Positions 47,891 to 57,599 of a stretch of DNA of 64,000 nt are shown here, in pieces (positions within the stretch are counted from its first letter, which is position 1; each line of letters starts with the position of its first letter). The DNA is taken from NCBI GenBank assembly GCA_003154195.1, contig PMCS01000029.1:208703-272702 (forward strand). The letters run 5' to 3'. The notes beneath the pieces are model-generated. The model saw only the letters and a list, made by a program, of their open reading frames with translations. It was not told the origin of the DNA and ran no database searches. The position numbers and the translations under genes were made by a program. This stretch comes from Candidatus Omnitrophota bacterium. Its GTDB lineage: Bacteria > Omnitrophota > Gorgyraeia > Duberdicusellales > 4484-171.

Positions 47891-48908
47891 GAAATTCAGT
47901 TTGGCGGCGCATTCAAACAATTTAGAGCGGGGGCGGCCCAGCTATTGTCAAATGGAGCTTACTTATGCCTGTGGTTTGCGTTGTCCGTATTGTTATGCCG
48001 GAGGATATAATTGTTCCGCGCGTATTGCCCAAGAGATGAATACGGTTGAATTAAAGAAGATCATCGATGAGTTAAAGAGCCTCGGGGTCTTGTGGGTCTG
48101 CTTTACCGGCGGCGATCCTTTAATGCGCAAGGATTTCTATGAGCTTTATACTTACGCGCGAAGACAAGGTTTCTTGATCATTGTTTTTACCAGCGGATAT
48201 TCATTGACGAAAAAACACTTGGATCTATTCAGGCGCCAGCCGCCATTTAATATTGAGATAACGCTTAATGCGGTAGAAGAAAAGCTTTATGAAAAAATAT
48301 CCGGTGTTCGCGGTTCATTCGGGAGAGTTATGGCTGCGATTGAAGCTTTGCGCCGGAATAAATTACCGCTTAAAATAAAAACGATGGTAACTACGCTAAA
48401 CTTGCATCATCTTGCCGAAATAAAAAAATATTTGCGGGGAATCGGTTTGAAATTCTATCCGGATTATTTTTTAAACTCCGGTTTTGATAACGATAGGCGC
48501 CCACTGGCATTTCAGATACCGCGGGAAGCGGTCCCCGGCCGGATAAACCCTAAAGAAAATATTTGCGCTCGAGTATCGCCAAAGGGTAAAACCAGGCCAA
48601 GCCCTTTTTTTACCTGCATTGTGGCTGCCGGAGATGGATTTCAGCTCGACCCTTACGGCAATATCTCATTGTGTTTTTCTATACGTAATCCTAAAATAAA
48701 TATTCTCGAGACAGGCATTAATTTGAGGCTAAAAAATCTAGTTAAATATTTTGCCGGATTGGATTTCAAGACCGATTCAAAATGTAAAAGTTGCGCTAAG
48801 CGGGATAAGTGCGGGTGGTGCCCGGGCAAGGCATTTGTAGAGACAGGTAGCTTGGAGAAACCAGTTGATTATTGTTGTAAATTAGTCGGGGTTTATGGGA
48901 ATCAATAA
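47871..48908 (+). CDS. Radical SAM / SPASM-domain enzyme (maturase 3)
   Basis: 345 aa. CGLRCPYCYA. C-terminal SPASM motif CKSCAKRDKCGWCPGKA. Start overlaps the stop of the kinase gene. Confidence 0.85.
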   Translation: MKEIQYKKFSLAAHSNNLERGRPSYCQMELTYACGLRCPYCYAGGYNCSARIAQEMNTVELKKIIDELKSLGVLWVCFTGGDPLMRKDFYELYTYARRQGFLIIVFTSGYSLTKKHLDLFRRQPPFNIEITLNAVEEKLYEKISGVRGSFGRVMAAIEALRRNKLPLKIKTMVTTLNLHHLAEIKKYLRGIGLKFYPDYFLNSGFDNDRRPLAFQIPREAVPGRINPKENICARVSPKGKTRPSPFFTCIVAAGDGFQLDPYGNISLCFSIRNPKINILETGINLRLKNLVKYFAGLDFKTDSKCKSCAKRDKCGWCPGKAFVETGSLEKPVDYCCKLVGVYGNQ

Positions 48909-50547
48909 AAAAGATTTACTGCTTCCGTTTAAAATAGTAGTTCGGCGGCGTTACTTAAAAAGTTGGGTTATTACAACGTTTTTGGCGCTGGTTGCCGCGG
49001 GCGCCGGGTTGGCGGTTCCTTACCTGGTCAAGTTGACGGTGGACGAGGGAATCACCAAAAAAAATCTTACATTTTTTTTACTTTTGTGTCTGGCGGCAGG
49101 GATTGTGGTTTTATCGAAATATATTTTCGATGCGATTGTATCTTTGCGCCGAACGGCCTTGATGGCAAAAATACGCTTTGACTTCAACCGCCGAGTCTTC
49201 GAAAATATGTATGCGATGCCTCAATCATGGTTTGCCAAAAAAGGCGCGGGAGAAGCGATTTACGCGATTGATAACGACAGCGCTGCGCTTATCAATATTG
49301 TCGGCGCGACCGCAAACGGGGTTTTTATTGAAGCGGTCAGTGTTATCGCCACATTGGCGATAATATTATCGCTTAATACGAAGATCGGCTTAACTGTAAT
49401 CTCGTTCCTGCCGGTGATCTACTTTTTAAGCCGTCGCCGGTTCAAAAGATTGGGCGAAATCTACAAAGATGTGGCCGGAAATGCCGAGGGGATTCTTAAT
49501 TTCTTAGAAGAAAGTTTTTGGCGTTCTTACTTGATTAAAATTTTTAATGCGGCGTCGGCTGCGGTACGCCGTTATTCGCGTTTGTTGATCAAGGATACGC
49601 GGTTAACAATAAAACGTGAACGCCAGGAAGCATGGTCGTCATTGGCCCCTGCGATCTTGCCGCTGGTTGTGACGGGTGTGATCTATATTGTGTCGGGCTA
49701 TCAGGCAATTACCGGCCATCTAAGCTTAGGCACAATTGCCGCAATCGGAGGTTATATTTATCAATTCATTTCATCTTCCAGCCAATTGCTATTTAATTGG
49801 CAAGATCTGCAACCAGGATTGATTTCTGCCCAGCGCCTTGCGCCGTTGTTAACGCCGGGCAAAGCGCATTGTACAGCCGACGAGACGCCCGCGGTGGTTT
49901 TAAGCGGTGCCATAGAAATAAGCAGATTAAATTTTTCTTATGCCGGCGGACGAGATATTTTCGACGGTTTAAATCTTGATATCCCTGCCGGTGAATATAC
50001 AGTGGTTACCGGCCCTTCGGGCTGCGGCAAGACTACTCTGTTGAATTTGATCATGCGTCTCTATCCGACGGAGAAAGGCGAGATCTTAATCGACGGCAAG
50101 AATGTAAATTCACTACCGCGATCGTTGCTGGGCACGCAGATTATTCTTTGCCCCCAGGAGCCGATGCTTTGGAATGCGACAGTTTCCGAAAATATCGCCT
50201 ATCCGGCTTTAGCTTTTAGTGAAGACGATCTAAAAAATGCTGCGGCGCTAAGCGGTGCCGATCAATTTATTTCTAATTTAGAAAAAGGCTATGAAACGAC
50301 GATCGGTGAAAACGCAACGCGCCTTTCGCAGGGTCAGAAGCAGCGTATTTCTTTATCGCGCGCTTTAATAAAGCAGCCGAAAATATTATTACTGGATGAG
50401 GCTTTTAGCGGTTTACCGGAAGAAGAGGAAACATCGATTATCGCACGGTTGCGTACGCAATTTCCCAAAATGACGATTATTGCCGCAACGCACCGGTTGG
50501 CGGGCTTAAAGAATTGTGAGCGCATTATAAAATTAGGAGCAGAGTAA
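48895..50547 (+). CDS. ABC transporter, fused permease-ATPase exporter (no N-terminal C39 peptidase domain)
   Basis: 550 aa. 6-TM region, then Walker A GPSGCGKTTLLN, signature LSQGQKQRISLSRAL, Walker B ILLLDEAFSG. Confidence 0.85.
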   Translation: MGINKKDLLLPFKIVVRRRYLKSWVITTFLALVAAGAGLAVPYLVKLTVDEGITKKNLTFFLLLCLAAGIVVLSKYIFDAIVSLRRTALMAKIRFDFNRRVFENMYAMPQSWFAKKGAGEAIYAIDNDSAALINIVGATANGVFIEAVSVIATLAIILSLNTKIGLTVISFLPVIYFLSRRRFKRLGEIYKDVAGNAEGILNFLEESFWRSYLIKIFNAASAAVRRYSRLLIKDTRLTIKRERQEAWSSLAPAILPLVVTGVIYIVSGYQAITGHLSLGTIAAIGGYIYQFISSSSQLLFNWQDLQPGLISAQRLAPLLTPGKAHCTADETPAVVLSGAIEISRLNFSYAGGRDIFDGLNLDIPAGEYTVVTGPSGCGKTTLLNLIMRLYPTEKGEILIDGKNVNSLPRSLLGTQIILCPQEPMLWNATVSENIAYPALAFSEDDLKNAAALSGADQFISNLEKGYETTIGENATRLSQGQKQRISLSRALIKQPKILLLDEAFSGLPEEEETSIIARLRTQFPKMTIIAATHRLAGLKNCERIIKLGAE

Positions 50548-52116
50548 ATGCAATTTGCGGCTTTTAAGGGTGATTTAAATATGAAACATTTTTCCCACGC
50601 TAAGGGTAAACGATTCGATTTAAATGCATCGACTTCGGTGGCCCAGCAAAAGATGCATCTTTTGGAGACGCTTAAAGGCCTGGGCACAATAGTTCCTATG
50701 GATGATGATATAAAATTAGATGATTATAAAACGCTTTGTGCGCGTCCGGATACTATCCTGGTTACTGTGCACCATGCTTTGCCTTGGGCGCAGGTTCCTC
50801 GGCGGCTCTTGCTTCATTCTTTGGGTGATTTTATGTTGACCAGTGTTTATTTTGATTACGAACACTTTGCCGGCAATACCATAAATTTAATGACCAGCCG
50901 TTTGCAGGCGCAGCGCCTTAAAGAGCATTTGAGGCAAGCTGCGCCTGGCCTTGGTGTTTTTACTCCACGCCTTAAAGTTGATAATTTTTATCCGCCAAGC
51001 CCTAAAGAAAAAATAGCGGCGCGGGAAAAAATGAAACTGGCTAAAGACACCAAGCATATTGTTTATGCCGGGCGTTGGCTTTCTAACAAAGGAATCTGCC
51101 AGGCGGTTAGGGCGCTTAATTTATGGCCGTTGTCTAATATTAAAATTTCTTTTGCCGGTAATTTTGAACCAGGATTTGTGATCAGCCAGACCGGGACGAA
51201 TCATCATACTTTTTCTTCTTATTTTGAACGCGAGGCTCTGCGGCGTAATTGCCATACGCGGTTAGATTTACTTAAAGCTCATGGCCCGCAGGCTTTGCGC
51301 GAACTATTGTGGTCGGCGGATTTATTTGTTTATCCGTCGATCCATGAAGATGAAAATTTCGGCATGGTACCGCGCGAGGCAGTATTGTGCGGCGTGCCGG
51401 TTGTGGTAACGGATTTTTGCGGTCTTGGCCAGTTAGGCCGTGGTGTCGGCGGATTACTACCCACTTACCCCACATTAGCCGGGCCGCGGTATAGCCTTAA
51501 AACTTTACGTGATTTAATGACAGAAGGATTAAAGACCACCAAAGACAAATTAAAGAAAAATATTCGTTTTGTCTTTCAAGAGTGTGACCGAATTCAAGCG
51601 CGCGCAGATTTAAAACGCGCGGCTGAAACTTTATTGCACCAACGATTAGTAAAAGATCTGCCTAAGCCTAAAGAGGCCAGGAGTGAATTGCTTGCGCGAT
51701 TATTGCGTTACGCTGACCCCGGATTTTTAGAGGCAGTGTTAGAAAAAAACAAACCCTTGCCTGAGGGGTTGCTGGTGGATGGTACAGGTTGTTATAATAA
51801 AGAATTTGCTTACCATAAATTTTTAAGTGCCATCCAGGGTTTTTATACCACAGCCGCCCAGCCGCCGCAAATTGAAGCAGGGTTGGTTTTGCGGGGATTT
51901 TTCCGCTTAGCCTTATGGCAGGAAGAAAAAGCTTTGGTCGAGAATGGTTTCCCCGGGCCGCGCGTTAAGCGTTATAGCGATAAGGATTGGCATGATTTGC
52001 TTGCCTGTGTAGAAATACAGCTTGATCAGGAGATAGTTATTTATCCGCGTACGCCCGATCAGCTGCGCCTGGCGCAGGAGTTAGTGGGGTTGGGCTATCT
52101 GGCGCCGGATAGTTGA
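50548..52116 (+). CDS. Glycosyltransferase family 1/4-like protein
   Basis: 522 aa. GT4 C-terminal motif EDENFGMVPREAVLCGVPVVVTDFCGLGQL. The start may be the ATG at 50581. Confidence 0.5.
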   Translation: MQFAAFKGDLNMKHFSHAKGKRFDLNASTSVAQQKMHLLETLKGLGTIVPMDDDIKLDDYKTLCARPDTILVTVHHALPWAQVPRRLLLHSLGDFMLTSVYFDYEHFAGNTINLMTSRLQAQRLKEHLRQAAPGLGVFTPRLKVDNFYPPSPKEKIAAREKMKLAKDTKHIVYAGRWLSNKGICQAVRALNLWPLSNIKISFAGNFEPGFVISQTGTNHHTFSSYFEREALRRNCHTRLDLLKAHGPQALRELLWSADLFVYPSIHEDENFGMVPREAVLCGVPVVVTDFCGLGQLGRGVGGLLPTYPTLAGPRYSLKTLRDLMTEGLKTTKDKLKKNIRFVFQECDRIQARADLKRAAETLLHQRLVKDLPKPKEARSELLARLLRYADPGFLEAVLEKNKPLPEGLLVDGTGCYNKEFAYHKFLSAIQGFYTTAAQPPQIEAGLVLRGFFRLALWQEEKALVENGFPGPRVKRYSDKDWHDLLACVEIQLDQEIVIYPRTPDQLRLAQELVGLGYLAPDS

Positions 52117-52988
52117 GGTTTTAAATACCCATTTTTTTGTAAAACCAGTTTTAGTCCGAATTCTTTAGCGATTTTGTGGAAATAATTTAGATCACTGCGA
52201 AAACTATTTACACTGCTTTGCTGGGTGTCGAAGATTCTGCCGCAAAATTTCTGGTATAAACCAGCTTTAACCTTTGGGCTTTTGCGTTTAAGTTTATTGA
52301 TCCACCATAAATCAAGATCATCGATTTTTTCGCTATCCTTGCGTGGAGTTGGGTTAAGGCATACTCCGCATTTAGAGCACAAGGCTTTTACTTGTTTTAG
52401 ATAGGCAGAGGGTTTTTTGCGCCACCACGGGGTGTGTATATCAAATGCAGTTTTAGTTTTTAAGATTATATCGATCGCCGCGGCAACTTCGCAGAAATAA
52501 GCGCCTTGGGGGTTGATTGAAGCACTCCAGCTATTTTGTATCCAGCAACTTTCAACGGCGTTAATATAACGGTTGCCCAGAGCTTCTTTTGAGCGCAGCA
52601 TAATTGGGGCATGAAAGATTTGCCCGTGGGTGTGATTATTGGGTAGGATAGCGCCGAAAGTATCAGCAATAATGGGCGCATATTTTTTAAAGCGTTTGTC
52701 CAGAGTGCTCCATAGGCCCAGTTTTTCTGGAGGAAACTTTTTTTGCAAGTATCGGCATATCTCTTTGAATTTTGGATGTAATAATGGTTCGCCGCCCATG
52801 ACCCCGATCATGGTCGGAGTTTTAGCGATACCCTCGACTGCCGCCTTAAAATAATCCAAATCCATCATGTACGGTTTTTTATGATGTCCGACTAAACGGG
52901 TGCAATTGGCGCAGCGATAGATGCAGGCGTTGGTGACTTCGATTTGGATTGCTTCTTTTAAGATGATCGGCTTAAGCATATCAACCAT
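52095..52988 (-). CDS. Radical SAM domain protein (fourth rSAM of the locus, minus strand)
   Basis: 297 aa. VTNACIYRCANC and GGEPLLHP. C-terminal CSKCGVC. Its 3' end overlaps the 3' end of the GT gene by 22 nt. Confidence 0.75.
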   Translation of the reverse strand: MVDMLKPIILKEAIQIEVTNACIYRCANCTRLVGHHKKPYMMDLDYFKAAVEGIAKTPTMIGVMGGEPLLHPKFKEICRYLQKKFPPEKLGLWSTLDKRFKKYAPIIADTFGAILPNNHTHGQIFHAPIMLRSKEALGNRYINAVESCWIQNSWSASINPQGAYFCEVAAAIDIILKTKTAFDIHTPWWRKKPSAYLKQVKALCSKCGVCLNPTPRKDSEKIDDLDLWWINKLKRKSPKVKAGLYQKFCGRIFDTQQSSVNSFRSDLNYFHKIAKEFGLKLVLQKNGYLKPQLSGAR

Positions 52989-53046
52989 TATAGCAAATTT
53001 TGGTTTATTTTTGTTTTAAATAGTGTAAACTATTTTCAATTAAGTT

Positions 53047-53904
53047 ATGATAGAGAAAGAAGACGACAAAAATTACGCTTATCTGGCGGCCCATTTGAAG
53101 ACACTTGAGTCCGCTAAAGAAATTCTTCACGCCTTAGAGAAGCAGGGGATCGAAGCAATAATATTAAAAGGGCTCCACCTGGCCGTTAAGATTTACGACG
53201 AGCTAAACCGTCAACCGGGATCGGATATTGATCTTTTGCTAAAGCGCGCTGACATTTTCCGCGCCGAGCCGATTTTAAACGAATTGGGCTGGCGTCCTCG
53301 CGCGCCGGTCTTGCGGGATTTGGCCGATGGTAATAAACCGTGCGCGCTTAACAGCCTGATGTTTTTTCGCCCCGATAGTCTGGTCGTGCTGCATCTACAC
53401 TGGCATATCATTAACTCGACCTGGCCGCTGAACAATTATGCCAAATCCATCAATATGGAAGAAATCTGGCAAGCGGCAACCGCCGGAACGCTTGACGGCG
53501 CGCCCATCAGAGAGTTAAAACCCGAACACCTTATCATTTATTTATGCTGCCACGGATTGATTCACTATTTTGCCAAGCCGGTTTATGTTGACGACATTAA
53601 AACCGCTCTGGTACGTTTTAAAGATAAGATCAATTGGGATTTTTTGTATGGGCAAGCCCAAGAGTGGGGCGTGCGCTGGATAGTTGACTATTGTATCAAA
53701 TATATTGAAAAACCCAGGATTGGCCGATACACTAAGACTTATTGGCGGTATTTTTTCCATGAAAAAGGGATAACCGGGAAAATGTTATTTTTGTATCGGA
53801 CGTTTTTTCCCAAAAAAATTGTTATGGCTGCCGCGCACAACTTGCCGCTTGCCCAGATTGGCTTTAAACTTTACATGGATCGTCTTGAAAACATTAGTAG
53901 ATAA
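53047..53904 (+). CDS. Nucleotidyltransferase-family protein (PF14907-like, the type recurrent in lasso/RiPP clusters)
   Basis: 285 aa. Pol-beta-like NTase motif GSDIDLLLKRAD preceded by the GL..A region. Confidence 0.5.
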   Translation: MIEKEDDKNYAYLAAHLKTLESAKEILHALEKQGIEAIILKGLHLAVKIYDELNRQPGSDIDLLLKRADIFRAEPILNELGWRPRAPVLRDLADGNKPCALNSLMFFRPDSLVVLHLHWHIINSTWPLNNYAKSINMEEIWQAATAGTLDGAPIRELKPEHLIIYLCCHGLIHYFAKPVYVDDIKTALVRFKDKINWDFLYGQAQEWGVRWIVDYCIKYIEKPRIGRYTKTYWRYFFHEKGITGKMLFLYRTFFPKKIVMAAAHNLPLAQIGFKLYMDRLENISR

Positions 53905-54300
53905 ATATGCGTTTTTGTCTTTAAAGTTGATAGATCGGGGATATTTAGCGCCGGATAAAATCGCCTGGCATAAAAATCGCTTCTTAAGCAAATATGGCTT
54001 AAGGTATCCGTTTTCCTGCAAGACTAATTTTAGCCCGAATTGTTTGGCGATCCGGTGAAAATAACTTAAGTCGGAGCGGAATTGGTTAATGTTATTTTGG
54101 TACTCGTCGAAAATCGGACCACCATACCTTTTGTACAGCCCGGCTTTGACTTCAGGGCTGGTAATTTCAGTTTGGATTGCTTCTTTTGCGACGATTGGTT
54201 TAAGCGTGTCAAATATTATAACAGATTCCGGTTTATTTTTACTACTTGATTCACGATATGTCGTAAATTGGTCATTATTTGCTTTCAAGAAAAAAATCAA
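53785..54300 (-). pseudogene. Decayed partial duplicate of the 52095-52988 radical SAM gene (internal deletion; N-terminal and C-terminal pieces fused)
   Basis: Translation FDTLKPIVAKEAIQTEIT-SPEVKAGLYKRYGGPIFDEYQ ... FRSDLSYFHRIAKQFGLKLVLQENGYLKP parallels the intact gene (MLKPIILKEAIQIEVT ... KVKAGLYQKFCGRIFDTQQ ... FRSDLNYFHKIAKEFGLKLVLQKNGYLKP). DNA at 54170-54260 matches 52945-53035. The rSAM CxxxCxxC motif is lost. Confidence 0.55.
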
Positions 54301-54541
54301 TCATTGTTCCCACGCCGAACATCCCTTTCCCGGTTAGTATAAATACACTTCGGTTTTTAGATTAGATAGGCAAAGAAATAAATATTTTTGATTAGAAATT
54401 GCTTCTTATTGTTTTATGCTATATAATATTTTATATATCCCCGGCGAAAAACTGGCTTTTTAAGGCGAGGCGTCTCGCCGCTCAGCATGACTTTACCTGG
54501 AGCTTCGGCTTTCAGGTCTAGGAGCCGTAGAAAGGTTCATT

Positions 54542-56458
54542 ATGGTTAAATACGAACTAAACTTAAGAGATTACGTAAGAATTATACGCAAGCGCAAATT
54601 TGTGATTATTGCATCTTTCTTTATTTTTGCGCTTGCGGCACACATGTATTCAAAATCAGAGACCCCTGTATACCAATCCTCCGCTACGGTCAAAGTGGAG
54701 GAGCGCAAGACCATTGCCGGGCTTCTTACCGAGTCGATTATCTATAACCCGGGCGACGTAATGGAGACCCAGACAAAAATAATCACCGGTTTCCCGGTGA
54801 TTAAACGAGCGGCGTTGGCACTGGGGCTGATTAAAGAAAGCGAGTCGCAAACGGCGATTTCGGAAGTTATCGGCAGTTTGCAATCGCAGGTAGGAACAGA
54901 GCGAATCGGCCAAACCAATATAATTAAAATCATTGTTACTTCAGGGCATCCCAAAGAGGCGATGGATATCGCGGAAGCGATTGCCCAGGCTTTTGTGGAG
55001 GAAAATTTATCGGAAAAGAATAAACAAGCCCGTACCGCCCGGCAATTTATCGAAGACCAGCTTGTGGCGTTGGCCAAAAAACTGCGCGAATCGGAAGAAG
55101 AGCTTAAAGGTTTCGGCGAACGAGGGGAGAGCGGAACCTTAACGGTTTTCGACGACGCCGACAAAAAAATGTCGGATTTGCAATTCCAATTAAGCACGCT
55201 TTTGCAAAAATATACCGATAAACATCCTAAAATTATCCAGATTAAAGAGCAAATAGCGGAACTGAGAAAACAGCTTAAAGGTTCTTCGGGAAAAGAACTT
55301 AATTATATGAGGGTTAAGCGCGATGTTGAAGCTAACCGTAAGATTTATGATATGCTTCGTGAAAGGCTCGAAGAGGTAAAAATTACCGAAGCCGAAAAAG
55401 TTCCTGATGTTTCCATAATCGACCACGCTTTATTTTCCGATGCCCCCACGGGCGGTCGTTCACGAATTGATTTATTCCTCGGCGGTATTTTAGGCCTGGT
55501 GGTTGGTCTGGTTCTTTCGTTTCTGGTAGAAACTATGGATACTTCAATCGGGACGATCGAAGATGTCGAAAGCGTGGTGAAACTGCCGATTCTGGGGGTT
55601 GTGCCTTCTATCCCCTACGAGGAAGGAAAAACCAAAGCTACATTTTTCGACAAGATTAAGCGCCGGTTTTTCAACAAAAGATTGACGGAAGCGGAGAGGA
55701 GCCGTTTATGCTTGATCAGCCATCGTCATCCCGATTCGCCGATCTCCGAGTCTTTCCGTAATTTAAAAACAAACATAAAACTTTCTTCCACTAACAAGAT
55801 GATTATGATTACCAGCGCCGGCCCCCAGGAAGGTAAGACTACGATTATCAGTAATTTGGGGATTGTCTGCGCGCAGGATGGTTTAAAAACTCTTTTAGTT
55901 TCCGCGGATTTACGCCGGCCTGCCCTGGTAAGCAGTTTCGGCGTGCCGCATAAACCGGGATTGACCGAAATCATCACCGGAACCGCTTCCCTGGATGACG
56001 CTTTGAAAAATATTTCTGATTGTTTGTTGGGGCATATGGATATCGACGAGGTTCTTAAAAATCCCGGCCTGGGATATTTATATCTTTTGCCCTCGGGAGC
56101 CCTTCCTTTTAACCCTACGGAAATCCTCGGCGCCAAAGAATTCGATATCTTAATCGCGCAATTACGGGAAAGGTTTGACGTAATTTTATTTGACGCGCCG
56201 CCGATCCTCCCTGTTGCCGACGCAAGCATCCTGGCTCCCAAGATGGACGCGACTTTGCTTTGTTATGAAATCGGCAGGACATCCCGCCACGCGTTGATCC
56301 GAGCTAAGGCGCAGCTTGAATCGACCAAAGCCAATATTTTAGGCGTAATCCTTAATCATACCAATCCGGAAACTGAATTCGCCGAAGTCTACCCGTATTA
56401 CTATAAGTACAAATATTACACCCAGGAGAAAAAAGAAGATAAGAAAAAAGATGATTAA
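54542..56458 (+). CDS. Polysaccharide co-polymerase / tyrosine autokinase (Wzc/EpsB/GumC-like BY-kinase)
   Basis: 638 aa. N-terminal TM, Wzz-type periplasmic coiled-coil region, second TM, then the CapB-like ATPase Walker A ITSAGPQEGKTTIISNLG. C-terminal Tyr cluster YPYYYKYKYY. Confidence 0.85.
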   Translation: MVKYELNLRDYVRIIRKRKFVIIASFFIFALAAHMYSKSETPVYQSSATVKVEERKTIAGLLTESIIYNPGDVMETQTKIITGFPVIKRAALALGLIKESESQTAISEVIGSLQSQVGTERIGQTNIIKIIVTSGHPKEAMDIAEAIAQAFVEENLSEKNKQARTARQFIEDQLVALAKKLRESEEELKGFGERGESGTLTVFDDADKKMSDLQFQLSTLLQKYTDKHPKIIQIKEQIAELRKQLKGSSGKELNYMRVKRDVEANRKIYDMLRERLEEVKITEAEKVPDVSIIDHALFSDAPTGGRSRIDLFLGGILGLVVGLVLSFLVETMDTSIGTIEDVESVVKLPILGVVPSIPYEEGKTKATFFDKIKRRFFNKRLTEAERSRLCLISHRHPDSPISESFRNLKTNIKLSSTNKMIMITSAGPQEGKTTIISNLGIVCAQDGLKTLLVSADLRRPALVSSFGVPHKPGLTEIITGTASLDDALKNISDCLLGHMDIDEVLKNPGLGYLYLLPSGALPFNPTEILGAKEFDILIAQLRERFDVILFDAPPILPVADASILAPKMDATLLCYEIGRTSRHALIRAKAQLESTKANILGVILNHTNPETEFAEVYPYYYKYKYYTQEKKEDKKKDD

Positions 56459-57578
56459 AAAAATCCTCCTTATCCCTCGCGCGGTGGAGATTAACGAAAA
56501 CAAAAGATTGCTGGAGGTGGGGAGGCTTCTTTCAAAAAAATATGATGTTTATATGCTTCATTGGAATAAGCCGGGGGGAAACAGCTTTATCGCCCAGGCC
56601 GGCGCCTGTTTTCGGGATATTTTTAAGACGCGCCAGGTTTTCGAAAGCAACGGCGTTCTTTTTGCGCAATACCCTTTTTTCCATCGGCCTTTTTCCGCGG
56701 TTAATATATATAATACTTCCTCCCTGCAGAAATTTATCGATGATTTCAAAATCAATGTGGTGATCAATGCGGTTAACCCTCTTTTCCCTACGCCTTTTTC
56801 CAAAAAATATAAACATATTTTTGATTTAAATGATTTGCCAGCCCGGGAAAATCAATCGCCGGAAGGCCGTTTCACTTATGAATTTGCGCGCCGCGAAGCG
56901 CAGAAAGCCGACGCCATTATCGCCGGTTCCCAGGGTCTGGTTGATTACGCGAAAGCTGCCTTTAACCGCAAAGCATATTTAATCACCAATGGGGTGAGGC
57001 TTTCCGATTTCCGTTTGGATTTCGAAGAAATAAAACGGATACGTATGGCGTTTAATCTGTTGAACAAATTTGTTATCGGCTTCAGCGGCTATCTGGGGGA
57101 ATGGGTCGACACCGATTTTCTTATTGATTTATTTTTAGAGCTAAGGAAGAAGAGCAACAGCATCGCTTTTATGATTATCGGCGAGGGGCCGCGATTAAGT
57201 AATTTAAAAAGACAGATCAAGGATAATAATTTTATTTTTATCGGCAGCCTTCCCGGCCCGAAAGTGGCGCACTATTTGTTTGCTTTAAATATCGGTATCC
57301 TTCCCTTTAAGAAGACCCCGGTGCAGGATTTAACTTTTCACGCGAAGCTGGTTGAATATACCGTCGCGAAAAAAATGGTAGTCGCCGCGCCTTTAGCGGA
57401 AGTGGCGCGCCTTAATTTCCCCAATATCGTTACCGCTGGTCTTTCGGTGGACGAATGGGTGAAAGCCATAGAACAAACGCGTTCGATGCGCTGGGATTCC
57501 GGCTGGGACGGCCTAACCGCCGGCTACGATTGGACAAAAATTTCGGAGAAGTTCGGGGAAGTTATTGAGGCGAAATAA
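56451..57578 (+). CDS. Glycosyltransferase family 1/4-like protein (putative)
   Basis: 375 aa. C-terminal half resembles the GT4 donor-binding domain (IIGEGP ... EYTVAKKMVVAAPL). Weak. Confidence 0.4.
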   Translation: MIKKILLIPRAVEINENKRLLEVGRLLSKKYDVYMLHWNKPGGNSFIAQAGACFRDIFKTRQVFESNGVLFAQYPFFHRPFSAVNIYNTSSLQKFIDDFKINVVINAVNPLFPTPFSKKYKHIFDLNDLPARENQSPEGRFTYEFARREAQKADAIIAGSQGLVDYAKAAFNRKAYLITNGVRLSDFRLDFEEIKRIRMAFNLLNKFVIGFSGYLGEWVDTDFLIDLFLELRKKSNSIAFMIIGEGPRLSNLKRQIKDNNFIFIGSLPGPKVAHYLFALNIGILPFKKTPVQDLTFHAKLVEYTVAKKMVVAAPLAEVARLNFPNIVTAGLSVDEWVKAIEQTRSMRWDSGWDGLTAGYDWTKISEKFGEVIEAK

Positions 57579-57599
57579 CTAGATAGTATAATAAGTTTT

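Noticed and set aside
48895-50547. ABC transporter as a bifunctional leader-cleaving exporter (C39 peptidase type)
   Set aside because: The N-terminus goes straight into TM helices with no Cys-protease domain, and the precursor has no GG/GA motif.
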